Source of the DNA: Geopsychrobacteraceae bacterium
GTDB taxonomy: Bacteria; Desulfobacterota; Desulfuromonadia; Desulfuromonadales; Geopsychrobacteraceae
Reading direction: 5' to 3'
Length of the DNA: 64,000 nt
Assembly: GCA_963664385.1 (NCBI GenBank)
Contig: OY761157.1
Coordinates: 1,207,634 to 1,271,633 of the forward strand
A model generated the notes under the pieces. It had not been told where the DNA came from. It saw only the letters and a program-made list of their open reading frames with translations, and made no database searches. Shown one piece after another: positions 1 to 9,429 of this stretch. Every line of letters starts with the position of its first letter. The first letter of the stretch is position 1. The translations under genes and the position numbers were made by a program.

Positions 1-92
1 AAACTCCATTCATCAAAGCTTCACGGACTCAGATTGATGACTTGGCGAAGAAGTTCGGCATTACTAAAGAAATCAACAGCATTTTTGAATAG
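1..92 (+). CDS. 3' end of a probable TRAP-type solute-binding protein gene (DctP family), cut by the window edge
   Basis: Frame 3 is open from the window edge to TAG at 90-92 (..TQIDDLAKKFGITKEINSIFE*). It lies 70 nt upstream of the DctQ/DctM-like genes, the usual P-Q-M order. Only 30 codons are visible, so the call is contextual. Confidence 0.4.
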   Translation, partial: TPFIKASRTQIDDLAKKFGITKEINSIFE

Positions 93-162
93 TTAAACGA
101 TATTCCGGTACCAGTTTCTAAGATTAATGAAGCTGGTATCGGTCGTTTCAGGGAGAGGTTCC

Positions 163-672
163 ATGAAAGCCATCGATAGATTTGAGAGTACCCTGTACAT
201 CGTCCTCTGCATCTTCCAGTTTATGCTCTCATTCACCATTTTTGTTGCCGTCGTCGCCAGGTATGTTTTCGGGTTTCCCTTACCCGAAGTCAATATCGTG
301 CAGAATTTTTCACTGGTGTGGCTCATTATGCTTGGCTCTGGTATTGCACTCAAAAACAAAGAGCATCTGGATATTGATATCCTGGGACCATATCTTTCAG
401 AAAGATCCAATGCCATTCGCGCATTCCTGATTGACGTTGTGGTACTAATGGCCATTATTTTGCTGCTGGCAGTCGGATACAAATCCTTCCTGGCCGGCTT
501 CTCCCGTACCGAACTGACTCCAATCCGGTTTCTTGACCACCGGATCACTCTGGTTTACTTCAACTCTGCATTCCTCTTTGGTGCCATTACCATGTTCATC
601 TATCAGGTCATTAACATTATTAAAACTTTTGCAAATATTAAAAACATGCAGGGAAATGGGGGCTCCAAATGA
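163..672 (+). CDS. TRAP transporter small permease (DctQ family)
   Basis: Small hydrophobic protein with about 4 TM helices. Start moved to ATG 163, preceded by GGGAGAGG. Its stop overlaps the next start (ATGA at 669-672), as is typical for a DctQ-DctM pair. Confidence 0.8.
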   Translation: MKAIDRFESTLYIVLCIFQFMLSFTIFVAVVARYVFGFPLPEVNIVQNFSLVWLIMLGSGIALKNKEHLDIDILGPYLSERSNAIRAFLIDVVVLMAIILLLAVGYKSFLAGFSRTELTPIRFLDHRITLVYFNSAFLFGAITMFIYQVINIIKTFANIKNMQGNGGSK

Positions 673-1970
673 TTCTGGCGGGCATTTTAACAATATTTCT
701 CGGCTTATTGGTTTTTGGCGTACCGGTCGTATTCAGTCTGGTTCTGGCCTCCGGTATTCCGTTGCTCTTTGACTCCCATGTTCATCTCAATCAAATGGCA
801 TCGATTGTCCTGCAGCAATTCCGAAGTTTTACCCTGTTGGCCATTCCTCTGTTTATTTTCTGCGGAAAACTTCTGCAGTTAAGTGATGTTGCTGATGACC
901 TGATCTATATGTCGCGTGCCTTCATCGGCAAACTGCGTGGTGACCTGGCTCATATTAATGTTATGACCAGTATCTTTTTTGCCGGGATATCAGGTTCATC
1001 CGTTGCCGATGTTGCGTCATTAGGATCCATCATTATTCCGGCCATGAAAAGAAAAGGTTACAGTCCCGAATTCAGCGCGACATTAACCTCAGCCTCAGCA
1101 ACCATCGGATCGATCATCCCTCCCAGTATTCTAATGATCGTTTATGGCTCAATCGCCCAAACCTCCATCGCGGCGTTATTTATCGGCGGAATTATTCCAG
1201 GTGTCGTAATTGGCCTGTCGCAGATGGTTTACTCCTATTTTTATGCAGTCAAAAACAACATCGGCCAAAGCTCTGGAGAAATAATTGGTGATGAACCGGT
1301 TGAAGAACTGTCGATCCTGACAGCTCTTAAAAAGGGGTTTTTCCCCATGTCGATCTTCCTGGTGATTATTGGCGGTATCCTGAGCGGCATCTTCACCCCA
1401 ACTGAAGCCGCTGGTATTTCGGTAATCTACATTTTACTGGTTAACATCATCTTCAAGAAGAAAAGAGACATTAAACAGTATTACGAAGTCACTAAAAAAT
1501 CAGTTATTGAATCTGCGACCATTTTTATCCTTATCGCTGTCGCCTCATTCTTTTCCTGGATCCTGACCTATTACAAGGTCATGATTCCGATCATAAACTC
1601 AGTAAAAAGCGCAGATCTGTCCGCTCCAGTATTCCTGATTATCGTTACCCTCATCTACCTGCTCATCGGCACCTTCATGGAACCTGCTTCAGCAATGCTG
1701 ATTTTCGTGCCTCTGTTAATGCCAGTCATGAATTTGCTGCAGATCAACCCTACGGTTGCCGGAATCATAACCGTTATGGCGATTCGCGTTGGCACTGTTA
1801 CACCGCCGTACGGATTATCCACATTGATGGCAGCCAAGATTGCGCAAACGTCGGTGGTCAAGATGATGCGCCACATCTGCCTGTTTGTCGGTGTCTACGT
1901 TTTGATGCTGGTCCTGATGATCTACTTCCAGGATATCATCCTTATTCTGCCGAGAATTTTCCTCGGGTAA
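669..1970 (+). CDS. TRAP transporter large permease (DctM family)
   Basis: 433-aa polytopic membrane protein of DctM length and composition, translationally coupled to the small permease. Confidence 0.9.
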   Translation: MILAGILTIFLGLLVFGVPVVFSLVLASGIPLLFDSHVHLNQMASIVLQQFRSFTLLAIPLFIFCGKLLQLSDVADDLIYMSRAFIGKLRGDLAHINVMTSIFFAGISGSSVADVASLGSIIIPAMKRKGYSPEFSATLTSASATIGSIIPPSILMIVYGSIAQTSIAALFIGGIIPGVVIGLSQMVYSYFYAVKNNIGQSSGEIIGDEPVEELSILTALKKGFFPMSIFLVIIGGILSGIFTPTEAAGISVIYILLVNIIFKKKRDIKQYYEVTKKSVIESATIFILIAVASFFSWILTYYKVMIPIINSVKSADLSAPVFLIIVTLIYLLIGTFMEPASAMLIFVPLLMPVMNLLQINPTVAGIITVMAIRVGTVTPPYGLSTLMAAKIAQTSVVKMMRHICLFVGVYVLMLVLMIYFQDIILILPRIFLG

Positions 1971-1985
1971 GCTGTTAAGGAATCA

Positions 1986-2738
1986 ATGATGCAATTGCTT
2001 AAAGGAAAAACCGCGATTATTACCGGGGCGACCCGGGGGATTGGCCTGGCTATCGCTACCATGTTCGCAGAGCATGGTGCCAACCTGGTTATCAATGGTA
2101 CGAATGTCGAGGTGATCAGGCAGAATGCGGTGGAGTTGGAAAAGCAGGGGATTTCATGTATTCCACTGGCAGGCGATATTTCGCAGCCGGAAACCAGTCG
2201 CAGACTTACCGCTGTCAGCATGGATCAATTTGGTCGCATTGATGTGTTGGTCAATAACTCCGGGGTCCTTAATCGGAGAAAATTTTCGGATTTCAATGAA
2301 GCAGAATGGCATCGGACACTAGCAATCAACCTTGATGGTATGACTTATACCTGCAGTCATGTCCTTGATGTCATGGTCCAGCAGGGGCATGGTAAAATCG
2401 TCAATATCCTGTCCAGTGCGGCAAAAAAACCGCATGCCAACGCCTCTGTTGAGTACGGGGTCTCGAAAGCCGGCGGACTGTATCTGACCCGCCATCTAGC
2501 ACTCGAATACGCACCGCACAACATCAATGTCAATGCCGTCTGCCCAGGGCCGATAGCCACCGAGATGGTCGATACCTGGGATGCTGATTACCGCCAGAAA
2601 GTCCTGCAGAAAATCCCCCTGGGGCGCCTGGGCAAACCTAAAGATGTCGCCTATGCAGCATTGTACCTGAGCAGCGGCCAGGCAGACTTTATTACTGGAG
2701 AAGCCATTAATATCAATGGCGGCTCATTTATGGACTAA
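1986..2738 (+). CDS. Short-chain dehydrogenase/reductase (FabG-like SDR)
   Basis: Rossmann motif TGATRGIGLAIA, NNSG, catalytic YGVSK (YxxxK) and the PGPI motif. AAGGA lies upstream of the ATGATG start. Confidence 0.9.
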   Translation: MMQLLKGKTAIITGATRGIGLAIATMFAEHGANLVINGTNVEVIRQNAVELEKQGISCIPLAGDISQPETSRRLTAVSMDQFGRIDVLVNNSGVLNRRKFSDFNEAEWHRTLAINLDGMTYTCSHVLDVMVQQGHGKIVNILSSAAKKPHANASVEYGVSKAGGLYLTRHLALEYAPHNINVNAVCPGPIATEMVDTWDADYRQKVLQKIPLGRLGKPKDVAYAALYLSSGQADFITGEAININGGSFMD

Positions 2739-2760
2739 CAATAAATCGGGAGCCTCTGTA

Positions 2761-3837
2761 ATGAAAATTATTGACGAAAAGCAGATTCCAACCCCATGCA
2801 GCAGCAATCATGCGTCCAACCTGCTGCAACTTGCCAACGGTAACCTGCTATGCACCTGGTTTGGCGGTAGCATGGAAGGCACCGCCGACGTGTGCATCTA
2901 CCTGTCCAGAATGGACAGTAAGACCGGAGTCTGGTCGGCAGCACAAAAAATGTCAGCCGACACTGCCCGCTCGGAACAGAACCCGGTCCTGTTTCAAAAA
3001 GCTCCTGCACAACTGTGGCTAATGTATACCGCTCAATTAAAAACCGATCAGGGAACAGCTCTTGTCCGCATCAGAAAGTCGTATGACGACGGACACACCT
3101 GGACCGAGACCACGGAACTGGTTCCCGATATCGGGACTTTTATCCGCCATGCCCCGGTGATTAATGCCGAAGGTCACGTACTGCTGCCGATCTGGCACAG
3201 CAACATCAAAGAAGCGTTTGGCAATGACAACAGCCTGGTCCTGGTTTCTGCAGATGACGGAACCAGCTGGAGCAGTACAGCAGTTCCTGACAGTACCGGT
3301 TGCGTACACATGAATATTCTGGATAATTGTCGAGTCGCTTTCTACCGGCGCCGTCAGGCCGACTATATATTCCGCAGTGTCTCCACGGACAACGGCTTGA
3401 CCTGGAGCAAGCCACAACCAACCGACCTGCCCAATAATAATTCCTCAATTCAGGCCAGGCTGTTACGCGACGGTCGCATAGTTATTATTTATAATGACAT
3501 TCATGCCACCGGTGGAGACAGGGAAAGCTCGATACCACCGTGGATACAGGACAAGGGTGAGTTTCTTGAAAAGTGTGGAAAATTGACCGACAAATGTGCC
3601 ATTTGGGGGGTCCCACGCAACCCGCTGGTGATTGCCAGTTCCGAGGATATGGGGCTGACCTGGAAACAGGAAATTGTCGTCGAAACCGATGCGACCCTGC
3701 GTTCATCCCACGACGAGAAAGGCTCTTTTATCGGTGACTACTCATACCCCTCGATCATCGAAACCGCTGACGGCAATCTGCAGATCAGCTATTCCTATCT
3801 GCGCGACTACATAAAGCATGTCACCCTGTGCCCTTAA
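2761..3837 (+). CDS. BNR/Asp-box repeat protein, sialidase (exo-alpha-sialidase) superfamily, no signal peptide
   Basis: Four Asp-box motifs SxDxGxTW (SYDDGHTW, SADDGTSW, STDNGLTW, SEDMGLTW). Start set to ATG 2761, with GGGAG 8 nt upstream. The N-terminus is not hydrophobic. Confidence 0.75.
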   Translation: MKIIDEKQIPTPCSSNHASNLLQLANGNLLCTWFGGSMEGTADVCIYLSRMDSKTGVWSAAQKMSADTARSEQNPVLFQKAPAQLWLMYTAQLKTDQGTALVRIRKSYDDGHTWTETTELVPDIGTFIRHAPVINAEGHVLLPIWHSNIKEAFGNDNSLVLVSADDGTSWSSTAVPDSTGCVHMNILDNCRVAFYRRRQADYIFRSVSTDNGLTWSKPQPTDLPNNNSSIQARLLRDGRIVIIYNDIHATGGDRESSIPPWIQDKGEFLEKCGKLTDKCAIWGVPRNPLVIASSEDMGLTWKQEIVVETDATLRSSHDEKGSFIGDYSYPSIIETADGNLQISYSYLRDYIKHVTLCP

Positions 3838-3878
3838 GATAAATCATCCCTGAGGATGATCCGCAAACAGCCATTCAT

Positions 3879-3902
3879 CCCGGCAGCTCCTCAGCTGTCG
3901 GG
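3879..3902. terminator. Hairpin between convergent gene ends (possible bidirectional terminator)
   Basis: 10-bp stem CCCGGCAGCT/AGCTGTCGGG with one mismatch and a 4-nt loop, followed by ATCTTTTA. It sits between the stops at 3837 (+) and 3908 (-). Confidence 0.5.
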
Positions 3903-3907
3903 ATCTT

Positions 3908-5794
3908 TTAATTCAGGGCTTGGGATTTTTTCATCCAGCGCTTTACGGTGTTGCGATCAACCTTCAGTCGCTCTGCGGTTTTGCTGATGTTTTCCCCCTC
4001 ATGGTGATAAGCCTGCATAACCGCGGCTTTAATGATGTCATCAAGGCTTTCAAGTCCCGGCTCCGGGTTCACTGTGGCAGGAGTTTCGTTTAGAGATTTC
4101 AATATAATTTGCTCTGCGGCATTCACGTCCAGAACACCTTGCAAGGCCGTATATTTTTCAACAACATTTTCCAGCTCACGAACATTGCCAGGCCAGGCAT
4201 AACGCTCCAAGACCTCCTGGAATGCTGTCGAAGGCATCACCGGACTTTTATGAGCATCACTTTCGACGGTTCTGTTCAAGTAGTACTCAAAGAGATAGAG
4301 AATGTCTTCGCGGCGCTCTGGCAATGATGGAATCTTCAGATCCAGAACGTTAAGTCGATAGAACAGGTCGGCACGAAAATGTCCCGCATTGACTTCTTCC
4401 AGAGGTGCTTTATTCGTCGCAGAAATGACTCTGACATTAATCGGGATTATCTTGTTATCACCAATACGCATAATCTCATGAGACTGTAACGCTCTGAGCA
4501 ATTTTGATTGCAGGTAAATATCGATTTCCGTAATCTCATCGAGAAACAATGTTCCCCCGTTGGCCAGTTCAAAAAGACCAGTCTTTCCAGAACGCAATGC
4601 TCCCGTAAATGCCCCGGGAGCATAACCGAACAACTCACTTTCAAGAAGAGAACCAGTCAGGGCGGCGCAGTTTACCGCCACAAACGGGCCATCATTCAGA
4701 GGACTGGCGTTATGAATACTCTGAGCAAATAACTCTTTTCCCGTTCCCGTCTCCCCTTGAAGCATGATATTGCTACTCGACAGACTATATTGCTTTGCAA
4801 CGTCAATCAGCTGCTTCATTTCACGACACCGATGAACGATGTCAACAAAGGTAAATTTAGCGTAGAAGCCCTTGTCCCGTAGTTTCTTCTGCAGGATATT
4901 GCCGGCTTCCTGAATTTTTTCGACCTGCTGAAAACGAATAACCGCGGTACTTTCGGTATTTTCCGGGCTGATAACGATATAGTCGGCAGCAAACCTTTTC
5001 CCCGCAAAAGACAGAATGATATTTTTTTCAGTACGCAAAGCGTTGGCGGCACTGAACAGTTCTGAAGACTGGAAAAATTTGGTATAGGGCTGATTGATGA
5101 TATCCACCCTGAGCAGATTCAAAGCGCCGCAGGCCTTTTGATTAATCTCCTCGATAATCCCATCACGATTGACCAGTATCGCCCCTTCCTTGGTGTAATT
5201 AAGAACGACAGCAAGTTTTTCAGCATTGGCGATATGTTTTTTCAGATTTTTAAGAACCAGCATCCCCCGTTCGAAAGCTTCCTCCAGGGTTTCCATACTC
5301 GATTCAATGAGATGATAATTAATGGAGTACTGCTGCGCGGTAAGAACCGATACGGCATCCCCAATGACCACATCTGGCTGCCAGGCCACAACCTTTTCAA
5401 AAGCTTCATCCATCCGGTGGATATCTTTGACTTCAAAAGTGCGATGTTCACGCTTTAAAATGTCGCAAACAGGTTGGCCCAAATTGAGAAACGGCCGAAA
5501 CCCGACTATCGCAATCCGACTGGTGGCAGTCGTTTCCTCAAAGATATAGGAGAGTAACTGTAAGTAGGAGGCATTGACTTCGATAACTTCAACATTTAAC
5601 TGCTCTCGAATCAGCCTGGCGGTCCCGCCCCGACTGATAATAATATGCGCCCCCTCAGCAATGGCCTGACGAGCTACCTCAACCCCTTCCTGTAAATTAC
5701 CCAGATAACTTTTAGCCGGGTAACCATTCGTTGCAATGATACTGCGGGCCTTATCCTGAATAATCTGATATGGAGCAATAAAGGCTATTTCCAT
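3908..5794 (-). CDS. Sigma-54-dependent transcriptional activator with a PrpR-type N-terminal sensor domain
   Basis: PrpR_N-like N-domain (IISRGGTA, IAIVGF). Intact EBP core (GETGTGKE, GAFTGA, GGTLFLDEI, PERREDI). C-terminal Fis-type HTH (ISKTAERLKVDRNTVKRW). Start set to ATG 5794, with GAGAGAGGA 7 nt upstream. Confidence 0.9.
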   Translation of the reverse strand: MEIAFIAPYQIIQDKARSIIATNGYPAKSYLGNLQEGVEVARQAIAEGAHIIISRGGTARLIREQLNVEVIEVNASYLQLLSYIFEETTATSRIAIVGFRPFLNLGQPVCDILKREHRTFEVKDIHRMDEAFEKVVAWQPDVVIGDAVSVLTAQQYSINYHLIESSMETLEEAFERGMLVLKNLKKHIANAEKLAVVLNYTKEGAILVNRDGIIEEINQKACGALNLLRVDIINQPYTKFFQSSELFSAANALRTEKNIILSFAGKRFAADYIVISPENTESTAVIRFQQVEKIQEAGNILQKKLRDKGFYAKFTFVDIVHRCREMKQLIDVAKQYSLSSSNIMLQGETGTGKELFAQSIHNASPLNDGPFVAVNCAALTGSLLESELFGYAPGAFTGALRSGKTGLFELANGGTLFLDEITEIDIYLQSKLLRALQSHEIMRIGDNKIIPINVRVISATNKAPLEEVNAGHFRADLFYRLNVLDLKIPSLPERREDILYLFEYYLNRTVESDAHKSPVMPSTAFQEVLERYAWPGNVRELENVVEKYTALQGVLDVNAAEQIILKSLNETPATVNPEPGLESLDDIIKAAVMQAYHHEGENISKTAERLKVDRNTVKRWMKKSQALN

Positions 5795-5971
5795 CAAACC
5801 ATCCTCTCTCTGGTGCCATCGGCAACGGGGCATCTCACGCTTGATCATGAAGCATCATTATACTCAAGTTGGTGCAGATTTCACCACTCCTGATGCAAAA
5901 CATTCAAGACTCAACCTTTAACAGCGCCTGTTTTTATCCATTTCTACTGTAATAACAGATGATTACCTTTT

Positions 5972-5986
5972 TGGCACCGTGGTTGC
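5972..5986 (+). promoter_or_regulatory. Sigma-54 (-24/-12) promoter
   Basis: TGGCACcgtggTTGC matches the TGGCAC-N5-TTGC consensus exactly. It is 67 nt upstream of the pdxA-family ATG and divergent from the EBP gene. Confidence 0.8.
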
Positions 5987-6052
5987 TAAAGATTATTAGA
6001 AAAGCAAACTTGGTGGAATTTCAAACCTCATCAATAAGATTGGTAGATTAAT

Positions 6053-7102
6053 ATGAGTACAAAGCCTTTACTTGGTATCACCATGGGAGATCCTGCCGGG
6101 ATCGGACCCGAGATCATCGTTAAATCCTTACTGGATCAACATATTTATGATATCTGCACACCCGTTGTCGTTGGTGATCCAACCATTATCGAAATGGCCG
6201 TCAAAGATATCGTCAAAAGTGACCAGAAAATCAATATCCTGGATGCTCCTGCGGATGCACGTGGCAGCCTTGGTATCATTGATGTCCTACCCTTGACGGG
6301 CATAGATTTAAGTGATTTTGCCTACGGTAAACTCAGCGCCAAGTGTGGCGAAGCAGCCTTCCGATCCGTGGAAACAGCAATAAGGCTGGCTTTGGACGGT
6401 CAGCTGGACGGTACCGTGACCGCTCCTCTCAACAAAGAGGCCATGAACCTCGCCGGTCATCACTATGATGGGCATACCGAGATTTACGCCAAATACACAG
6501 GTACCGATAAGTATTCAATGATGCTGGCCGATGGCAATCTGAGGGTGGTTCACGTAACGACTCATATGCCGCTGGTCAAAGTCAGCGAGAAACTCACGAT
6601 TGACCGGGTTCTCGACGTGATCCGCCTTGGTAATAACGCCTGCCAGCAATTGGGAATTGCCAAACCCCGTCTCGGGGTTGCCGGATTCAATCCGCATGCC
6701 GGTGAAAATGGCCTGTTCGGCACAGAAGAGCAGACCGCCATTACTCCCGCAATTGAATCAGCTCAAGCTGAGGGTATTGATGCTCAAGGCCCGTACCCTC
6801 CAGATACGGTTTTCTGTAAGGCCGCTGGAGGAGGCTTTGACCTGGTAGTCGCCATGTATCACGACCAGGGCCATATTCCATTGAAAATGCAAAGCTTCAT
6901 TTACGATGATAAAACTGGAAAATGGTCGGGCATGACCGGTGTGAATGTCACCCTTGGCCTGCCGATTGTACGTGCTTCGGTTGACCACGGAACCGCCTTT
7001 GAAAACGCAGGAAAAAATGTTGCCAGTGCCCAGAGCATGACCAATGCCATTGAATACGGTGCCATGCTGGCCCAAGGTCGCAAAACCGCAAACCAAGTCT
7101 GA
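6053..7102 (+). CDS. PdxA-family NAD-dependent hydroxy-acid (phosphate) dehydrogenase
   Basis: PdxA family signatures GDPAGIGPEI, GHTE, HDQGHIP and DHGTAF. Confidence 0.85.
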   Translation: MSTKPLLGITMGDPAGIGPEIIVKSLLDQHIYDICTPVVVGDPTIIEMAVKDIVKSDQKINILDAPADARGSLGIIDVLPLTGIDLSDFAYGKLSAKCGEAAFRSVETAIRLALDGQLDGTVTAPLNKEAMNLAGHHYDGHTEIYAKYTGTDKYSMMLADGNLRVVHVTTHMPLVKVSEKLTIDRVLDVIRLGNNACQQLGIAKPRLGVAGFNPHAGENGLFGTEEQTAITPAIESAQAEGIDAQGPYPPDTVFCKAAGGGFDLVVAMYHDQGHIPLKMQSFIYDDKTGKWSGMTGVNVTLGLPIVRASVDHGTAFENAGKNVASAQSMTNAIEYGAMLAQGRKTANQV

Positions 7103-7114
7103 CGGAGGTACGAA

Positions 7115-8263
7115 ATGATAAAGCAATTTAAAAGCCTGTTACCATCCCGTGTTGATTTCGGGCCAGGAAAGATTCAGGGCCTTACCGATATAGTGAAAGG
7201 AAAAACGGTCCTGCTGCTCAGTGACCAGGGCGTCAAACAATGTGGTATCACGGGTAAGATCTATGATCTATGTACCGATGACGCTCTCTCAGTTCAGGAA
7301 TTTTCCAATGTTCCTCCTGAACCAACAGAAGATGAAGTTAATCTGGTTGTCAGCTCCCTGACTGATCTCTCCATCGACGTCATCCTGGCCGTTGGTGGTG
7401 GCAGCGTTATGGATACGGCAAAACTGGTATCGGTCATGGTCGGAGCCGGATCCACACTGGAGCAGATGTTTGCCGGTGATCTCCCTACCAACCGACAAGC
7501 CACACTGGTCATGATTCCGACGACAGCAGGAACCGGATCTGAAAGCACCCCTAATGCTATCGTCTTCCGCCCGAGCCAAAACCTGAAGGTCGGTATCGTC
7601 TGCGATATTTTCATGCCGGACAAAGTTATCCTGGACCCCGATCTGCTCCTCGGGCTACCTGCCAGCATTACCGCTGCCACCGGTATGGATGCCTTGTGCC
7701 ATGCCCTTGAATGCTATATCTGTAATAAAGCCAACCTGCTCAGTGATATGATGGCCATCGAAGCGACGCGCCTGATATTCAAAAGCCTCAAACGTTGTGT
7801 GGAAGACGGCAGCGACCTCGAAGCACGAGCCGACCTGTTGTTTGCAGCATTCCTTGGGGGCGCGTGTATCGCTGCATCCGGAACTAACGGCGTGCATGCC
7901 CTGTCCTACCCCCTGGGGGGCCGCTACCGGATTCCCCATGGCATTTCCAATGCCATCCTGCTCGCTCCGGTCTTTGCCTTCAATAAAGATTGCTGCGTTG
8001 ACAAGTTGGCAGCGATTGCTCATCTCACCGGGAGCGATGTCAGTGGCCTTGACAACACTCAAAAAGCTGATGTCCTGGTCACCGCCCTTTATGATCTGAG
8101 CAGGGCACTGGATATACCTGAAAAAATGAGCGCACTTGGTGTTCCGGCAGAAGACCTTGAATCGATTGTCGATGCCGCCCTGCAAGTGAAACGTTTACTG
8201 GATAACAATCCGAAGGTTATGAGCCGTGAGGATATCCGTAGCATTTATCAGACGATTCTCTGA
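7115..8263 (+). CDS. Iron-containing (group III) alcohol dehydrogenase family protein
   Basis: GGGSVMDTAK nucleotide-binding motif and a metal-binding His pattern (CHALECY, HALSYPLGG, PHGISNA). Confidence 0.85.
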   Translation: MIKQFKSLLPSRVDFGPGKIQGLTDIVKGKTVLLLSDQGVKQCGITGKIYDLCTDDALSVQEFSNVPPEPTEDEVNLVVSSLTDLSIDVILAVGGGSVMDTAKLVSVMVGAGSTLEQMFAGDLPTNRQATLVMIPTTAGTGSESTPNAIVFRPSQNLKVGIVCDIFMPDKVILDPDLLLGLPASITAATGMDALCHALECYICNKANLLSDMMAIEATRLIFKSLKRCVEDGSDLEARADLLFAAFLGGACIAASGTNGVHALSYPLGGRYRIPHGISNAILLAPVFAFNKDCCVDKLAAIAHLTGSDVSGLDNTQKADVLVTALYDLSRALDIPEKMSALGVPAEDLESIVDAALQVKRLLDNNPKVMSREDIRSIYQTIL

Positions 8264-8280
8264 TTTTCCCGGAGGTTTAC

Positions 8281-9168
8281 ATGAAAGAAATTCTGCCCTT
8301 TGTCGCCCTGGTGACCTGTTTTGACGATAACGAAGCTATCGACTATGCAGCAGTGCGCAAGCAAGTCCGACGCCAGGTGAACGCCGGCAATAACCTGCTG
8401 GTCTGCGGGACCAACGGTGATTTCACCAGCCTGACGTTTCAGGAAAAGGTTCGCGTTTGTGCAGAAGTTGTCGAGGAAGCAGGTGAACAGGTCAAGGTGT
8501 TTGCCAACGCCGGAACCCCTTCCACCTACGAAACCGTATTACTCAGCAAAGAACTGGTAGCCGTCGGTGTTGATGCCCTGGCTGTCATAACCCCGTACTT
8601 CATCGGCTGCACCCAGGATGGGTTGATCAACCACTTTTCAAAGGTTGCAGACAGTGTCGATAAGCCCGTCTACCTTTATGATATTCCTGCCCGGACCCAG
8701 AATCATATCGAACCGGAAACAGCAGCGCAGCTGGCCGAACATCCCAATATCCTTGGCATTAAAGACAGTGGCGGCAGCAAAGAATCTATTGATGCCTACC
8801 TCGAGGTCGCTAACAGTCGTAACGATTTTGACGTTCTCTCCGGCCCCGATTCCCTGATTTATTATGCCCTGTCGAATGGTGCGTTAGGATGTATTTCCGG
8901 CCTTGGCAATGTCATGCCCAATACGGTAAACGCCATCTGTAAAGAATTTGCCCAAGGCAATCTGGCGGCCGCACAGGAACAGCAGGAGGCTTTTACCCAA
9001 TTACGCGTTGATCTTTACGGTCTCGGCTATCCCCCTGCCATGGTCAAACGCGCTCTCTATCTAATGGACAGCAGCGTTGGTGCCAGCCGCCAACCAGCCC
9101 TGATATCAACTCTCGATCTGGACCAGAAAATAAAAGCTATTCTCGAAAAACATCACATCACCATGTAA
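8281..9168 (+). CDS. DapA/NanA-family class I aldolase (dihydrodipicolinate synthase family)
   Basis: GTNGDFTSLTFQEK matches the GTTGE-type motif. The Schiff-base lysine context GIKDSGGS is present. Size is 295 aa. Confidence 0.8.
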   Translation: MKEILPFVALVTCFDDNEAIDYAAVRKQVRRQVNAGNNLLVCGTNGDFTSLTFQEKVRVCAEVVEEAGEQVKVFANAGTPSTYETVLLSKELVAVGVDALAVITPYFIGCTQDGLINHFSKVADSVDKPVYLYDIPARTQNHIEPETAAQLAEHPNILGIKDSGGSKESIDAYLEVANSRNDFDVLSGPDSLIYYALSNGALGCISGLGNVMPNTVNAICKEFAQGNLAAAQEQQEAFTQLRVDLYGLGYPPAMVKRALYLMDSSVGASRQPALISTLDLDQKIKAILEKHHITM

Positions 9169-9180
9169 TAAGACCCACAG

Positions 9181-9204
9181 GTCCGGCAGCTCCCCCTGCC
9201 GGAC
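9181..9204 (+). terminator. Weak hairpin after the aldolase gene
   Basis: 8-bp stem GTCCGGCA/TGCCGGAC with an 8-nt loop, 13 nt after the stop. There is no U-run, so terminator function is uncertain. Confidence 0.35.
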
Positions 9205-9429
9205 CTGCCAGGAGCTATCAAAATGGCTGATGATGTTAACGGGCTTATCGCGTGTCACCGACGAAGCACGCGGCCCTGGTGTGAATATTGTCCGATTACT
9301 TGCTGAAAACGCCCCCCCCTGGACACGTTGAAACCAAGCGGGAGCGCGGAGGCGTAGGACTTTACGCCGCACAAGCGACTGTGCAGGCTGACGCAGAGAT
9401 TGCGGAAAAGGGCGATTTCTGGGCAGAAA

